Assembly: GCA_042568575.1 (NCBI GenBank)
Contig: JBHPIO010000008.1
Location: 1-58,895 of the forward strand
Length of the DNA: 58,895 nt
Reading direction: 5' to 3'
Origin: Patescibacteria group bacterium
GTDB lineage: Bacteria > Patescibacteriota > Gracilibacteria > UBA1369 > PNNO01
The position numbers were made by a program, and so were the translations under genes. A model generated the notes under the pieces. The model did not search any database. It worked only from the letters and a program-made list of their open reading frames with translations, and was not told where the DNA came from. This document shows, piece after piece, positions 19,088 to 28,427 of the stretch. The stretch's first letter is position 1; each line of letters starts with the position of its first letter.

Positions 19088-19462
19088 ATGACTAATATTG
19101 ACCCTGCAGACCTAAAAGCTCGATTACAAGAACTAATTAACAACTCAGCCGCTCTAAAAAGTCTTCCACCAGAAGCACGTAAAATGCGAGCAGATGCAAT
19201 GCTGTCTTCAAGCCCAACATTAATGCAGAACTTTATTAACGTTTTAGAGGAAGAGGCAACCGAGCTAAAGAAAATTGATGAAGATTTCGTGAAAAATGCA
19301 GCTCATATTGGTGATTTAGTAGCAGAGGCAAAAGAGCTTGAGAAAGAGGCAAACCGAGAAATTAGAAAAGAAGACGAAGCAGTAGGACGTAAACAAGAGG
19401 AAAAAGAAGCCGCAGCTCTACTTGCAAAACTCGACGACATTCAAGACGAAGGGCCTAAATAG
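19088..19462 (+). CDS. Hypothetical coiled-coil protein (paralog of 8031-8558)
   Basis: 124-aa ORF 16 nt after the 757-aa gene. Confidence 0.8.
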   Translation: MTNIDPADLKARLQELINNSAALKSLPPEARKMRADAMLSSSPTLMQNFINVLEEEATELKKIDEDFVKNAAHIGDLVAEAKELEKEANREIRKEDEAVGRKQEEKEAAALLAKLDDIQDEGPK

Positions 19463-19464
19463 AA

Positions 19465-20685
19465 TTACCAGCTAACTTTAACTTCGGAAGGACTTACGTT
19501 TACCATAGTCACTCCATCTGGGAGACTAAAGTGATTTGAACCTAGCTGAATTTTGGCTTCATCTTTTTCATTTTCATAATCGGAGATATCCAACTCAACA
19601 GTAAGTTTCGAAGACAGCTTATTTAAAGCATCTTCGGCACCTTCAGCAACCAAGGTCACAGAAGGAGGAGACACGCTTTTGCTATTCTGATCAGTTCTAA
19701 ACCGCATAATTACAATTGGGACATTCACAGTTTTCCTATTAATTGAACTAGCTTCTGTTGCATATTTCTCAACTTCAACAGACACTGTGACCTGGCTTCC
19801 ACTCTCAATAGAAACACCATCAGGAATTCCTGTAAGTGAAACCGTATAAGAATTGCTTTCTGTTAAACTATCAACTTGAATTTCCTCGGTTGAAACAAAC
19901 TCAATAGTGTTTATTTTTTCCGGATCGCCAGAAAGAACAATCACCGAAGGCTCAACATTAATAGATTTAATCCATACATTTTCTGGTGGTGTACCAATAA
20001 CGCTTGGTTGCACACCAACTATTTTTTGGCCTGTAGAAGGCCCTATCTCGACTTCGACTTCAATTTCTTTTGGATCTACAAGGATATTCGAGAGCTCCTC
20101 GCCTTCTTCATCAAAAACCTTTAAAGGATATAATTGCCTAATATCTTTGCTCTCAGAATCAAGAGCAATAACCAGAGATACTTCATTTAAATCGTTAAGT
20201 GCTTTTTGAGGACCTTTTAAAATCGCATTTTCTTCAACAAAATCTATATTCTTAATTACATAGCCTTCTTTAACGTCCCCTTCTACTTTCTGCACAATTG
20301 GCACTTCTTTCTCCGCCTTTTTCTCTATTTTAACGCGAATACTCGAAGGCTCTATTTTAAGAACACTCACATCAGAGTTCTTTGAACTCACGGAAACTTC
20401 TATATCGCGTTCACCTTCTGAGACACCCTCCAAGTCTATATAAGCATCAAAATCTCCAGGCTTAACGCCTTTAGCTGCCTCTTGAGTGTTTAGTTTAAGC
20501 CTTAATTTGACATTTCCCAAATCTTCAGCAACAACAAATTCTTCTGGCACATTAAATGCCTTAACTCCAATTTCATCCGGCAAAGTGTAAAAATTATTTT
20601 CTGTTCCCACAATCAAAAACCAGAAGATTACCGCTGCAAGTATAGCGAGTATTTTAAGTTCAAAATTTCCTAGGAGCCTTTTCAT
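19465..20685 (-). CDS. cdaR: CdaR/YbbR-family regulator of diadenylate cyclase
   Basis: N-terminal KILAILAAVIFW TM; repeated YbbR-like beta domains (AYIDL, P..V...G); ATGA overlap with cdaA. Confidence 0.88.
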   Translation of the reverse strand: MKRLLGNFELKILAILAAVIFWFLIVGTENNFYTLPDEIGVKAFNVPEEFVVAEDLGNVKLRLKLNTQEAAKGVKPGDFDAYIDLEGVSEGERDIEVSVSSKNSDVSVLKIEPSSIRVKIEKKAEKEVPIVQKVEGDVKEGYVIKNIDFVEENAILKGPQKALNDLNEVSLVIALDSESKDIRQLYPLKVFDEEGEELSNILVDPKEIEVEVEIGPSTGQKIVGVQPSVIGTPPENVWIKSINVEPSVIVLSGDPEKINTIEFVSTEEIQVDSLTESNSYTVSLTGIPDGVSIESGSQVTVSVEVEKYATEASSINRKTVNVPIVIMRFRTDQNSKSVSPPSVTLVAEGAEDALNKLSSKLTVELDISDYENEKDEAKIQLGSNHFSLPDGVTMVNVSPSEVKVSW

Positions 20686-21560
20686 AATTTCCGCTTTTTA
20701 AAGATCTGCTTGCTTCTGCTTCGAAGTGACTTTTTCTTTGGAGCATAGAATTCTTCAAGAAACTTCTGAAGACGTTCTGGTTCAATAGCACGCTCTAACC
20801 TTCCATTATGAGCGTATGAAATGGTTCCACGCTCTTCTGATACAACAATTACGTGTGCGTCTGTATTTTCAGCCAAACCGATAGCAGCTTTATGTCTTGT
20901 TCCAAGCATTCTGTCTCCTGAAAGTTTGTATGAATGAGGAAGAACGCATGCAGCAGCCACAATCTTGTCGCCCTCAATAATCACCGCACCATCATGCAGA
21001 GGTGATTTTGGGAAGAATGTGCTTAACAGTAGCTCTTTGCTGATTTTCCCGTTAATAGGGACGCCTGTTTCTGCATATTCAGTTAATGAAACTTCTTTTT
21101 TAAGAACAATCAACGCTCCAATCTTTTGTTTTGCCATAATCACGCTTGCCTCAACAAGATTGCCTATTAAAATATCCGACCCACCAAATTCACTATTAGT
21201 AAAAATCCTTGTTTGACCCAGTTTTTCAAGACCTCTACGCAACTCCTGCTGAAAAATAACCGGAATTGCAACCAGAATTAATGTGAGGAAACGATCAAGA
21301 AGCCATCCTGTAGCGAATAACTGTAGTGCCTTACTAAACAAAAAGACAAACGCCAGAATCACAAGACCTATGAGAATATGAATAGCGCGACTCCCCTTAA
21401 GGAGTAGGAATACATAATAAAACACAATGGAAACAAGAATTATATCGATAATTACTTGTGGCCATGAGAACTGCAAAAGCCCCAGATTCTCCCAAAAAGT
21501 CCCCGCCTCGCGGGATATAAATAGAAGGAATTCCGAAACTGCATTATTGATATATTCCAT
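20682..21560 (-). CDS. cdaA: Diadenylate cyclase CdaA (DacA)
   Basis: 3 TM; IFQQELRRGL, SPLHDGAVII, GTRHKAA, VVSEERG. Confidence 0.95.
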   Translation of the reverse strand: MEYINNAVSEFLLFISREAGTFWENLGLLQFSWPQVIIDIILVSIVFYYVFLLLKGSRAIHILIGLVILAFVFLFSKALQLFATGWLLDRFLTLILVAIPVIFQQELRRGLEKLGQTRIFTNSEFGGSDILIGNLVEASVIMAKQKIGALIVLKKEVSLTEYAETGVPINGKISKELLLSTFFPKSPLHDGAVIIEGDKIVAAACVLPHSYKLSGDRMLGTRHKAAIGLAENTDAHVIVVSEERGTISYAHNGRLERAIEPERLQKFLEEFYAPKKKSLRSRSKQIFKKRKL

Positions 21561-21628
21561 AATAATAAGGCCTTTTTTTGCGCTACTTTAGGGTACACCA
21601 AAAGAGGTAAAAATCAAGTTTTTACTAT

Positions 21629-21658
21629 AAAAAAACCGGCCTCTTAAAAAAGGCCGGT
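21629..21658 (-). terminator. Intrinsic terminator of the cupredoxin-like gene
   Basis: ACCGGCCT/AGGCCGGT 8-bp stem with T tract on the minus strand. Confidence 0.8.
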
Positions 21659-21673
21659 CTAATAAATATTTGT

Positions 21674-22516
21674 TTACTTATTCATTCCAAATCTCTTGTT
21701 CATTCTCCATCCCATAAACCCTGCTACTAAAGCAAGAAACCCATAGAATACCTCAGCAGGCCCTGAATCAGCTAAATCGCCATCAGATCCTAGTGCTGCA
21801 CCAGCAGTTGATGTAACTGCAACACCATCGTCAAACATTGCAGATTCTGCAGGTGGCACTGTTGGTGTAGGTGGAATAAATGTAGGAACTTCTTCTTCCT
21901 CTTCTTCAGCAGCTTCTTCAAAATCTTCATCTGCTGCAGGAGATAAGTCCTCTTCTTCTTCCTCGGGAAGCACTTCCTCATCCTCTTCTGGAAGAACCTC
22001 TTCTTCTTCCTCCACAACTGGCTCTTCTTCTAAAACTTCTTCTTCAGCAAGTCCGCCTTCTCCTTCTGTAACTTCAATTGCGCATTCGTCATCTAAGATT
22101 TCAGATACGTCTCCTACACAAACTTTTCCTGTCATAAACGGATAGAATGAACTGTTGTAGTAATAGACCCCTTCTTCATCAAATGTATTGCTAAAGGTGT
22201 CTCCAAGCGACATCACGTCACTTTCAAAATCTATTCCTGAATTTGATGTGTCTTCTGGATCATACGATGTCACAGTATGTTGTACATCAGCATTCCCATC
22301 AGATTCATCATGAAGCCAACTAATAGTTGTATCGGTTTCAATTCGAATCACATCCGGATCAAAAGCAAAGTCCTGAAGACGTACTAAAACCGTATCAGTA
22401 TCAATAACTTGTGCTTTTAAGTCCTCAGTAGGCAGTTGCACCCAGTATGCAAGCGCTGCAATAAGTGTAACGAGCACTATTGAGATTATTGTGTGTATTT
22501 TTGTTTTTATATCCAT
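21674..22516 (-). CDS. Cupredoxin-fold surface protein with acidic stalk and sortase-like sorting signal
   Basis: N-terminal TM; FAFDPDVIRI...HTVTS...FDEEGVYYY...PFMTGKV; Glu-rich linker; LADSGP + TM + basic tail. Confidence 0.8.
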   Translation of the reverse strand: MDIKTKIHTIISIVLVTLIAALAYWVQLPTEDLKAQVIDTDTVLVRLQDFAFDPDVIRIETDTTISWLHDESDGNADVQHTVTSYDPEDTSNSGIDFESDVMSLGDTFSNTFDEEGVYYYNSSFYPFMTGKVCVGDVSEILDDECAIEVTEGEGGLAEEEVLEEEPVVEEEEEVLPEEDEEVLPEEEEEDLSPAADEDFEEAAEEEEEEVPTFIPPTPTVPPAESAMFDDGVAVTSTAGAALGSDGDLADSGPAEVFYGFLALVAGFMGWRMNKRFGMNK

Positions 22517-22643
22517 TTTTACGAGATTATATCGATAAAATATCTTGTTATAATACCATAATTTAAGGAATAATTAAAGCCCCAAGATATAGACGCAGCC
22601 GTGTTTTTAGGGTATAATAACATAAGCTCCTAAAAGACAATTT

Positions 22644-25022
22644 ATGCACATAAAAACACAAAATAAAGAAAATACTCCTTCTCTACCTGAAAATTTGTTT
22701 ATTTTACCTATAAAAGAACTTGTTGTTTTCCCTTCAATGGTAATTTCTGTTTACGTTAAGAATCAGGAGTTTATTAAGATTCTTGATGAAAAGATGAATT
22801 CCAACGAGCTGATTGGAACTATTACACATAAAGACGCTTCAAAATCTGTTCCTCCACTGGAAAACCTTTATAACGTCGGGACGGTTTGTAATATCCTGCA
22901 AATTATTAAAGGTGAAGGTGATGAAGCAATGATTTTAGTTGAAGGTATTTCGCGTTTTTCTGTAGCCAAGTTCACACAAGAAAAACCATCTATTGAAGCA
23001 CAAATCGAAGACATCAAACCTAGCTTAACTAAATCTGAAGAAGGAGATGGTCTTGCACTTGAAATTAAAAAACTTCTTGAGGTGTGTAATTCTCTCGGCA
23101 AGCCTCTTCCTGAAGAAATTCTTGTTAGTCTGCCAAATCTTTCAAATTATGAAGAACTTTGTAACCTTACATCTTCGTATTTAACAATGCCAATTCCGGA
23201 AAAGCAGTATCTTCTTGAAATGAAAGATACGATCCAAAGAATGAAAGAAATTGTTAAACAGTTATCTCGTGAAATTCGAATGCTTGAAGTAAGAAGCAAA
23301 ATTCACTCTGAAGTTGAAAAAGAAATGACTAAAACAGAAAAGGACTTTGTTTTAAAACAGGAACTTAAGGCTATTCAAAAAGAACTTGGAGAAGAAGATG
23401 GCGAAACAGCAGCAGCAATGAAAGAAATCAGACATCTTAAAAAGCTTATTAAAGCGGCAAATATGCCAAAAGATGTTGAGAAAATTGCTCTTGATGAGCT
23501 AAAGCGTTTGGAAAGGATTTACCCTATTTCTCCTGAATATAATGTTGTTCACAATTATATTGAATGGCTTTATGAAATGCCATGGGACAAAAGTAGTAAG
23601 TCAAAAATCGACATTAAAAAGGCTAGAAAAATTCTTGATGAAGACCACTACGGACTTGAACAAGTCAAGGAACGTATCCTTGAATATCTTGCTATTTGCG
23701 AGATACAGGACAAACCTGGCGCAACAATTATGTGTTTTGTTGGTCCTCCAGGTGTTGGGAAATCTTCTCTAGGTAGAAGTATCGCACGTTCTCTTGGACG
23801 AAAATTCATTCAAATGTCTCTTGGTGGAATGCATGATGAATCTGAAATTAGAGGTCATAGACGTACTTATGTAGGTGCTATGCCTGGAAGTATTATTCAA
23901 AATCTTAAACGAGCAGAAGAAAATAATCCTGTATTTATGCTCGACGAAATCGACAAACTTGGCATCGGAAACTTTCAAGGAGATCCAGCTTCTGCATTAA
24001 TTGAAGTACTCGATCCTGAGCTTAATTTCTCATTTAATGATCATTATCTTGATGTCCCTTTTGACCTTTCTAATGCGCTTTTCATAACAACAGCAAACAT
24101 ACTGGATCCAATTCCTCCTGCTCTTTTAGACAGGATGGAAATCATTGAACTTCCGGGATATACGGAAGAAGAAAAAGTTCAAATTGCGAAGAAATATCTC
24201 GTTCCTAAACAAATCAAATTAAATGGTCTAGAAAAGAATCCTTTTGTTATTGATGATGACGCTCTTTCTCATATTATTCGTCATTATACGAGAGAAGCAG
24301 GTTTACGTGATCTTGAACGAGAAATCGCTAAATTATGCCGAAAAACAGCCAAGAAAATGCTTGAAAAAGGTACTAAAACAAAGAAGATTACCAAGAAGGA
24401 AATTTCGCAGCTACTTGGAGTAGAAAAATTCATTATTGATTTGAAGCAGGAAAAAGATATGGTTGGTGTTTCAACTGGTCTTGCATGGACCCAGGCAGGT
24501 GGAGAAATTATTTTTATTGAGGCGACAAAAATGCCGGGACAAAACCAACTGATTCTAACTGGTCATTTGGGAGAAGTGATGCAGGAATCAGCAAAAGCCG
24601 CTTTAAGTTACATCCGAAGTAATGCAAAGAAATACAAAATCAAAGCTGATGCATTCAAGGATGTTGATATTCATGTGCATGTTCCTGAGGGAGCAACTCC
24701 AAAAGATGGACCTTCCGCTGGTATTACAATTGGCACTGCTCTTCTTTCTTTATTCACGGGAAAAAAGGTAAAAAGAGATGTTGCTATGACTGGAGAAATG
24801 ACTCTACAAGGACGAATTCTGCCTATCGGAGGATTAAAAGAAAAAGTGCTTGCAGCTAAAAGATCTGGAATTAAAACAATTATTATCCCAAAAGAAAACG
24901 AAAAAGACCTAACAGAAATTCCAAAACATCTATTAAAAGGAATTAAATTTATCACCGCAAAATCTTTGGACGATGCAGTTGCTATTGCCTTGAAAGCAAA
25001 ATCTTCTAAACGATCAAAATAA
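22644..25022 (+). CDS. lon: Lon protease
   Basis: LON N-domain; GPPGVGKSS; RGHRRTYVGAMPG; PKDGPSAG; IGGLKEK. Confidence 0.98.
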   Translation: MHIKTQNKENTPSLPENLFILPIKELVVFPSMVISVYVKNQEFIKILDEKMNSNELIGTITHKDASKSVPPLENLYNVGTVCNILQIIKGEGDEAMILVEGISRFSVAKFTQEKPSIEAQIEDIKPSLTKSEEGDGLALEIKKLLEVCNSLGKPLPEEILVSLPNLSNYEELCNLTSSYLTMPIPEKQYLLEMKDTIQRMKEIVKQLSREIRMLEVRSKIHSEVEKEMTKTEKDFVLKQELKAIQKELGEEDGETAAAMKEIRHLKKLIKAANMPKDVEKIALDELKRLERIYPISPEYNVVHNYIEWLYEMPWDKSSKSKIDIKKARKILDEDHYGLEQVKERILEYLAICEIQDKPGATIMCFVGPPGVGKSSLGRSIARSLGRKFIQMSLGGMHDESEIRGHRRTYVGAMPGSIIQNLKRAEENNPVFMLDEIDKLGIGNFQGDPASALIEVLDPELNFSFNDHYLDVPFDLSNALFITTANILDPIPPALLDRMEIIELPGYTEEEKVQIAKKYLVPKQIKLNGLEKNPFVIDDDALSHIIRHYTREAGLRDLEREIAKLCRKTAKKMLEKGTKTKKITKKEISQLLGVEKFIIDLKQEKDMVGVSTGLAWTQAGGEIIFIEATKMPGQNQLILTGHLGEVMQESAKAALSYIRSNAKKYKIKADAFKDVDIHVHVPEGATPKDGPSAGITIGTALLSLFTGKKVKRDVAMTGEMTLQGRILPIGGLKEKVLAAKRSGIKTIIIPKENEKDLTEIPKHLLKGIKFITAKSLDDAVAIALKAKSSKRSK

Positions 25023-25425
25023 GTCCAGCTATTACTACTCCCATTCCAACAATCTGTTTTATTGAAAGGGCCTCTTTAAACGAAAGGTAAGCAAGAACGG
25101 TAACCAAAATAAAGTTTAGATTCAGAATCAATGTAACTATTCCGGCTTTAGCATCTAAGGATGCGAAGGCCTTTCCAAGGAAAAGAACTCCAATCCCAAG
25201 CGATAATCCAGCTATCAGTACGATGATGACCCCTTTCCAGCTTGAAGCCATGTCAATTGAAGTACGAGTAGCTATAAAAAAGATTCCCACAACCAAAAGC
25301 TGAGCTAAAACCAAAAGTAGAACTGCCGCATTCGAATTAAGATTGAAATGCGTAGAAAATTCCAAACCAAAATTACTAAGGCCAATAAATAGAAATGCGC
25401 CAAACGCAAGTAATATCCAATGCAT
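25006..25425 (-). CDS. EamA/DMT-family small membrane transporter
   Basis: 5 TM; ...LAYLSFKEALSIKQIVGMGVVIAGLILI EamA C-terminus. Confidence 0.8.
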   Translation of the reverse strand: MHWILLAFGAFLFIGLSNFGLEFSTHFNLNSNAAVLLLVLAQLLVVGIFFIATRTSIDMASSWKGVIIVLIAGLSLGIGVLFLGKAFASLDAKAGIVTLILNLNFILVTVLAYLSFKEALSIKQIVGMGVVIAGLILIV

Positions 25426-25464
25426 AATTATTTAGGGGTTATATCCCCATAATTATAACATATT

Positions 25465-25848
25465 TTATCTGTACCCTCGTTCTTTAAGAAAGACTTTTAA
25501 ATGCTCACTTTTCACTAATCTCCTCATATCATCCAATTGAGCCTTACATAAAGGGCAATGCTCTAAATGAATATCCTGTTCTGGAGTTGCTTTCCCTCTA
25601 AGGATAGAAACAAATTCTTTTCCAGTCGGATGTTGTCTTTGAATTTCTTCAGCCTTGCTAAACGCACTATTAAGACGTCGTATAAGTTGCTTATCTTCCT
25701 CTTGTTGAATAGTCATTGGCCTCTCTCCAATCGCATGTATTGTAGCTATTTTATCCGCTTTATCTGCAACTGGAGTTAAATCTTCTAATGGAAGATCACC
25801 ATCTTCTTGCAAAATTGTAGTAGGTGCTTCTTCTCCGCCTATATCCAT
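25465..25848 (-). CDS. Hypothetical protein with zinc-binding anti-sigma (zf-HC2/ZAS)-like motif
   Basis: HPTGKEF...HLEHCPLC. Confidence 0.65.
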   Translation of the reverse strand: MDIGGEEAPTTILQEDGDLPLEDLTPVADKADKIATIHAIGERPMTIQQEEDKQLIRRLNSAFSKAEEIQRQHPTGKEFVSILRGKATPEQDIHLEHCPLCKAQLDDMRRLVKSEHLKVFLKERGYR

Positions 25849-25981
25849 AATTTTAGTTGATTAAATGACAAGATTATAATTTTAATGATTTTTGACTTTT
25901 TGTCAACCCCTTGTGTTCCAATTACGTAATAAAACTGATAAACTGCGAAGTAGAATTTTGGCATTAATAACCACATATCTC

Positions 25982-26431
25982 ATGTCACTTAAAGAAAAAA
26001 TCCAAGAGGATCTAACAACAGCAATGAAAGCTCAGGAATCCCTAAAAGTAAGTACACTTCGCATGCTCAAGGCAGAAATTATGAAGTTTGAGGTGTCTGG
26101 AGGTGCAAAGAAAGAAGCATCAGACGAAGATGTACTAACGATTCTTCAGAAACAAGTTAAGCAGCGTAAAGATGCTGCACAGCAATATAAGGATGGTGAT
26201 AGAGCCGAGCTTGCCCAAAAAGAAGAAGAGGAAGCAAAAATTTTGCAGGAATATCTACCAGAACAAATGGGTGAAAAAGAATTACGTGAAATTGTTAAAG
26301 CCACTATAGAAGAGGTCGGAGCAACATCTAAAGCCGACATGGGCAAGGTTATGGGCTCTGTAATGGGCAAAACCAAAGGTCAAGCCGACGGGAAATTGGT
26401 CAACAAATTAGTAATGGAACTTCTGCCTTAA
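25982..26431 (+). CDS. yqeY: GatB/YqeY domain protein
   Basis: MSLKEKIQEDLTTAMKA, KQRKDAAQQY, EYLPEQM, DMGKVMG, ADGKLV; start set at ATG 25982. Confidence 0.93.
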   Translation: MSLKEKIQEDLTTAMKAQESLKVSTLRMLKAEIMKFEVSGGAKKEASDEDVLTILQKQVKQRKDAAQQYKDGDRAELAQKEEEEAKILQEYLPEQMGEKELREIVKATIEEVGATSKADMGKVMGSVMGKTKGQADGKLVNKLVMELLP

Positions 26432-26443
26432 ATAAATGTGCAT

Positions 26444-26474
26444 AAAAAAGAGCCCCGATTTCTCAGGACTCTTT
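26444..26474 (-). terminator. Intrinsic terminator of the 26493-27599 gene
   Basis: Minus strand GAGTCCTGA-GAAA-TCGGGGCTC followed by T6. Confidence 0.8.
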
Positions 26475-26492
26475 CATAATTTGTTTCAAGAT

Positions 26493-27599
26493 CTATTTAA
26501 ACTGAATTGTTTTGTTTGGAGTTCCAACAACAAATAAATCAGTTATGTTATGGATATTATCACCTTGGTCAACGAATTCAATAGCATTTACGTTAACAGA
26601 ACCAGTAATATCGCTATAACTATTCATAATTAATGGAATAAAATCTGCAGAATTCCATAAAATGGCAAATACTTTTTCTTCACCAGCATTTACTCTAGTC
26701 CAACTTCTATTTACAAACTCAGAAGATGTGAACATATCATCACCAATTTCAGAATCATGCTCAGCAATAAGAGTTACATTGTTTACAAAATTTCCAATGT
26801 AATTAAGTCTTACAAGTTTACCAAATCTCCCAAGTTGGAAATTTGCAAGACCACCATGATTCACGCTTAGTGGATCAACTGAACCTAATTCAAGTTCATC
26901 AAGTTCTACCCATGCACCAGCATCACCAATAACTTCAACTTTAAAAGCCATCATAACATCATTTGAATGAGGGGTTTGTTGACCGTAAATTGAATCATCA
27001 ACGAAACCACCACCTGTATAATCTAGAAATGTTATTTTAACCGTAGGTTTCCCAGGAAGAGTCGGAGGAAGTGAAACCACAGCTGGTATTTCTTCTATTG
27101 TAGCAAAATCGTCTTTATCCTTAGGTACCACAACTTGAAGATCGTCTCTATCAAAATCTTCAGTTACTAATTTATCTACTTCCTTAGCAACTACTTCTTT
27201 TTCAATTACTTTAACTGCATCAAGCTCTTTAACAGATAATTCCTTATCAAGCATTGCATGTTTGTCAGAAGAATCAAACTTTTTATCAACTGGTGTAACT
27301 GTTTCAAGTTGTGTAACTGTTTGAATAGGTGCTACAGTTTTAAGTTTAGACCTACTAAACATATTCCCCTGAAACCACCCACCTTGTGCTCCAAACACTA
27401 CCAGTGCTGCAACCACACCAATTAGCACAATTGCTATTAGAAGCTTAAGTAATAGTCCCCCTTTTTTCTTCCCTTTAGGTTCAGCCTTTCCGGCTCCTGG
27501 CTCTGGCATTTCTGGCTGAGCTTGCTCTGGAGCTGGTGTCTGCGGTGCTTCCGGAGCTGGAGCTCCTTCTGGCTGATTAACTGGTTGATTTTCTTCCAT
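26493..27599 (-). CDS. Membrane-anchored hypothetical protein with beta-rich extracellular domain
   Basis: Pro/Glu-rich N-terminus, KKKGG + TM, then FQG. Confidence 0.75.
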   Translation of the reverse strand: MEENQPVNQPEGAPAPEAPQTPAPEQAQPEMPEPGAGKAEPKGKKKGGLLLKLLIAIVLIGVVAALVVFGAQGGWFQGNMFSRSKLKTVAPIQTVTQLETVTPVDKKFDSSDKHAMLDKELSVKELDAVKVIEKEVVAKEVDKLVTEDFDRDDLQVVVPKDKDDFATIEEIPAVVSLPPTLPGKPTVKITFLDYTGGGFVDDSIYGQQTPHSNDVMMAFKVEVIGDAGAWVELDELELGSVDPLSVNHGGLANFQLGRFGKLVRLNYIGNFVNNVTLIAEHDSEIGDDMFTSSEFVNRSWTRVNAGEEKVFAILWNSADFIPLIMNSYSDITGSVNVNAIEFVDQGDNIHNITDLFVVGTPNKTIQFK

Positions 27600-27632
27600 T
27601 TTGAAATTTGGTTAAAAGATACAGAAAGAAAT

Positions 27633-28268
27633 CTATTTTAAATTTATAAATAGTGGTACTGGATCAAGCATTCCATTTACTCCTACATTCGTAATCTCTT
27701 TGTTTGAGTTAACTCCTTGCGCAATTACTTCAACAAAGTGGAACCCTGCTCTCTTTTCTGATGCATTTTCCGCAATATCTGCAAACAGCTCAATTTCTCC
27801 ATATTCAACAACCTCAAAAGGAACACCAACAAGATCAATGAAAAGCGACGTTTTTGAAAGCCATACAAATTCAGCTTTTTCAACTTTTTCGTTATTAAAA
27901 TTGAGTGACATGCCCTCAAACATCTCTGGACTTGCATCCCCTTCTAATTCAAGTGTTATTCCGCTTACTTCTACAGATTCTTCCCCTACTTTAAAGGCCA
28001 ATTTACCCAAAGATATAGCGCTAGATCCCGATTTCACCTCTATTTCATCGCGTTCTTTAAGATATTCAACAACAATACTACCCGCTTCTATTTCCTGAAC
28101 CTCAATTGGCTCCTCTACAGGTCCTTTTGTCTGTATTAACGAACCTTTAAATAGATCCGTTCTAGGTAAAAACAATACAAAAACAGCGGCCACAAGAACA
28201 ATAGCTATTAAAATGCCTTTAAATAGCGAATTTGTAGAAATGCATATATATTTCTGCTTTTTTTCCAT
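27633..28268 (-). CDS. Membrane-anchored hypothetical protein with beta-rich extracellular domain
   Basis: N-terminal TM followed by LFKG; tandem with the previous gene. Confidence 0.75.
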   Translation of the reverse strand: MEKKQKYICISTNSLFKGILIAIVLVAAVFVLFLPRTDLFKGSLIQTKGPVEEPIEVQEIEAGSIVVEYLKERDEIEVKSGSSAISLGKLAFKVGEESVEVSGITLELEGDASPEMFEGMSLNFNNEKVEKAEFVWLSKTSLFIDLVGVPFEVVEYGEIELFADIAENASEKRAGFHFVEVIAQGVNSNKEITNVGVNGMLDPVPLFINLK

Positions 28269-28352
28269 ATTTGTTTTTGTTTTACTACTTATATTCTACA
28301 ATAATTTACGCGTTTTGTAAATAGCCTGACTGTAAATTAGCCCTTTCTTCCT

Positions 28353-28381
28353 TTGACTACGCCATTAATTCATAGTATAAT
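28353..28381 (+). promoter_or_regulatory. Sigma70-type promoter
   Basis: TTGACT-17-TATAAT. Confidence 0.7.
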
Positions 28382-28427
28382 GATTTATAGCCTCGGAGCA
28401 CGGGACTTTGTGCTCTAATTAATAAAA

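Noticed and set aside
21880-22070. TCTTCT-rich repeats as a CRISPR array or VNTR
   Set aside because: They encode the poly-Glu linker; no repeat-spacer periodicity
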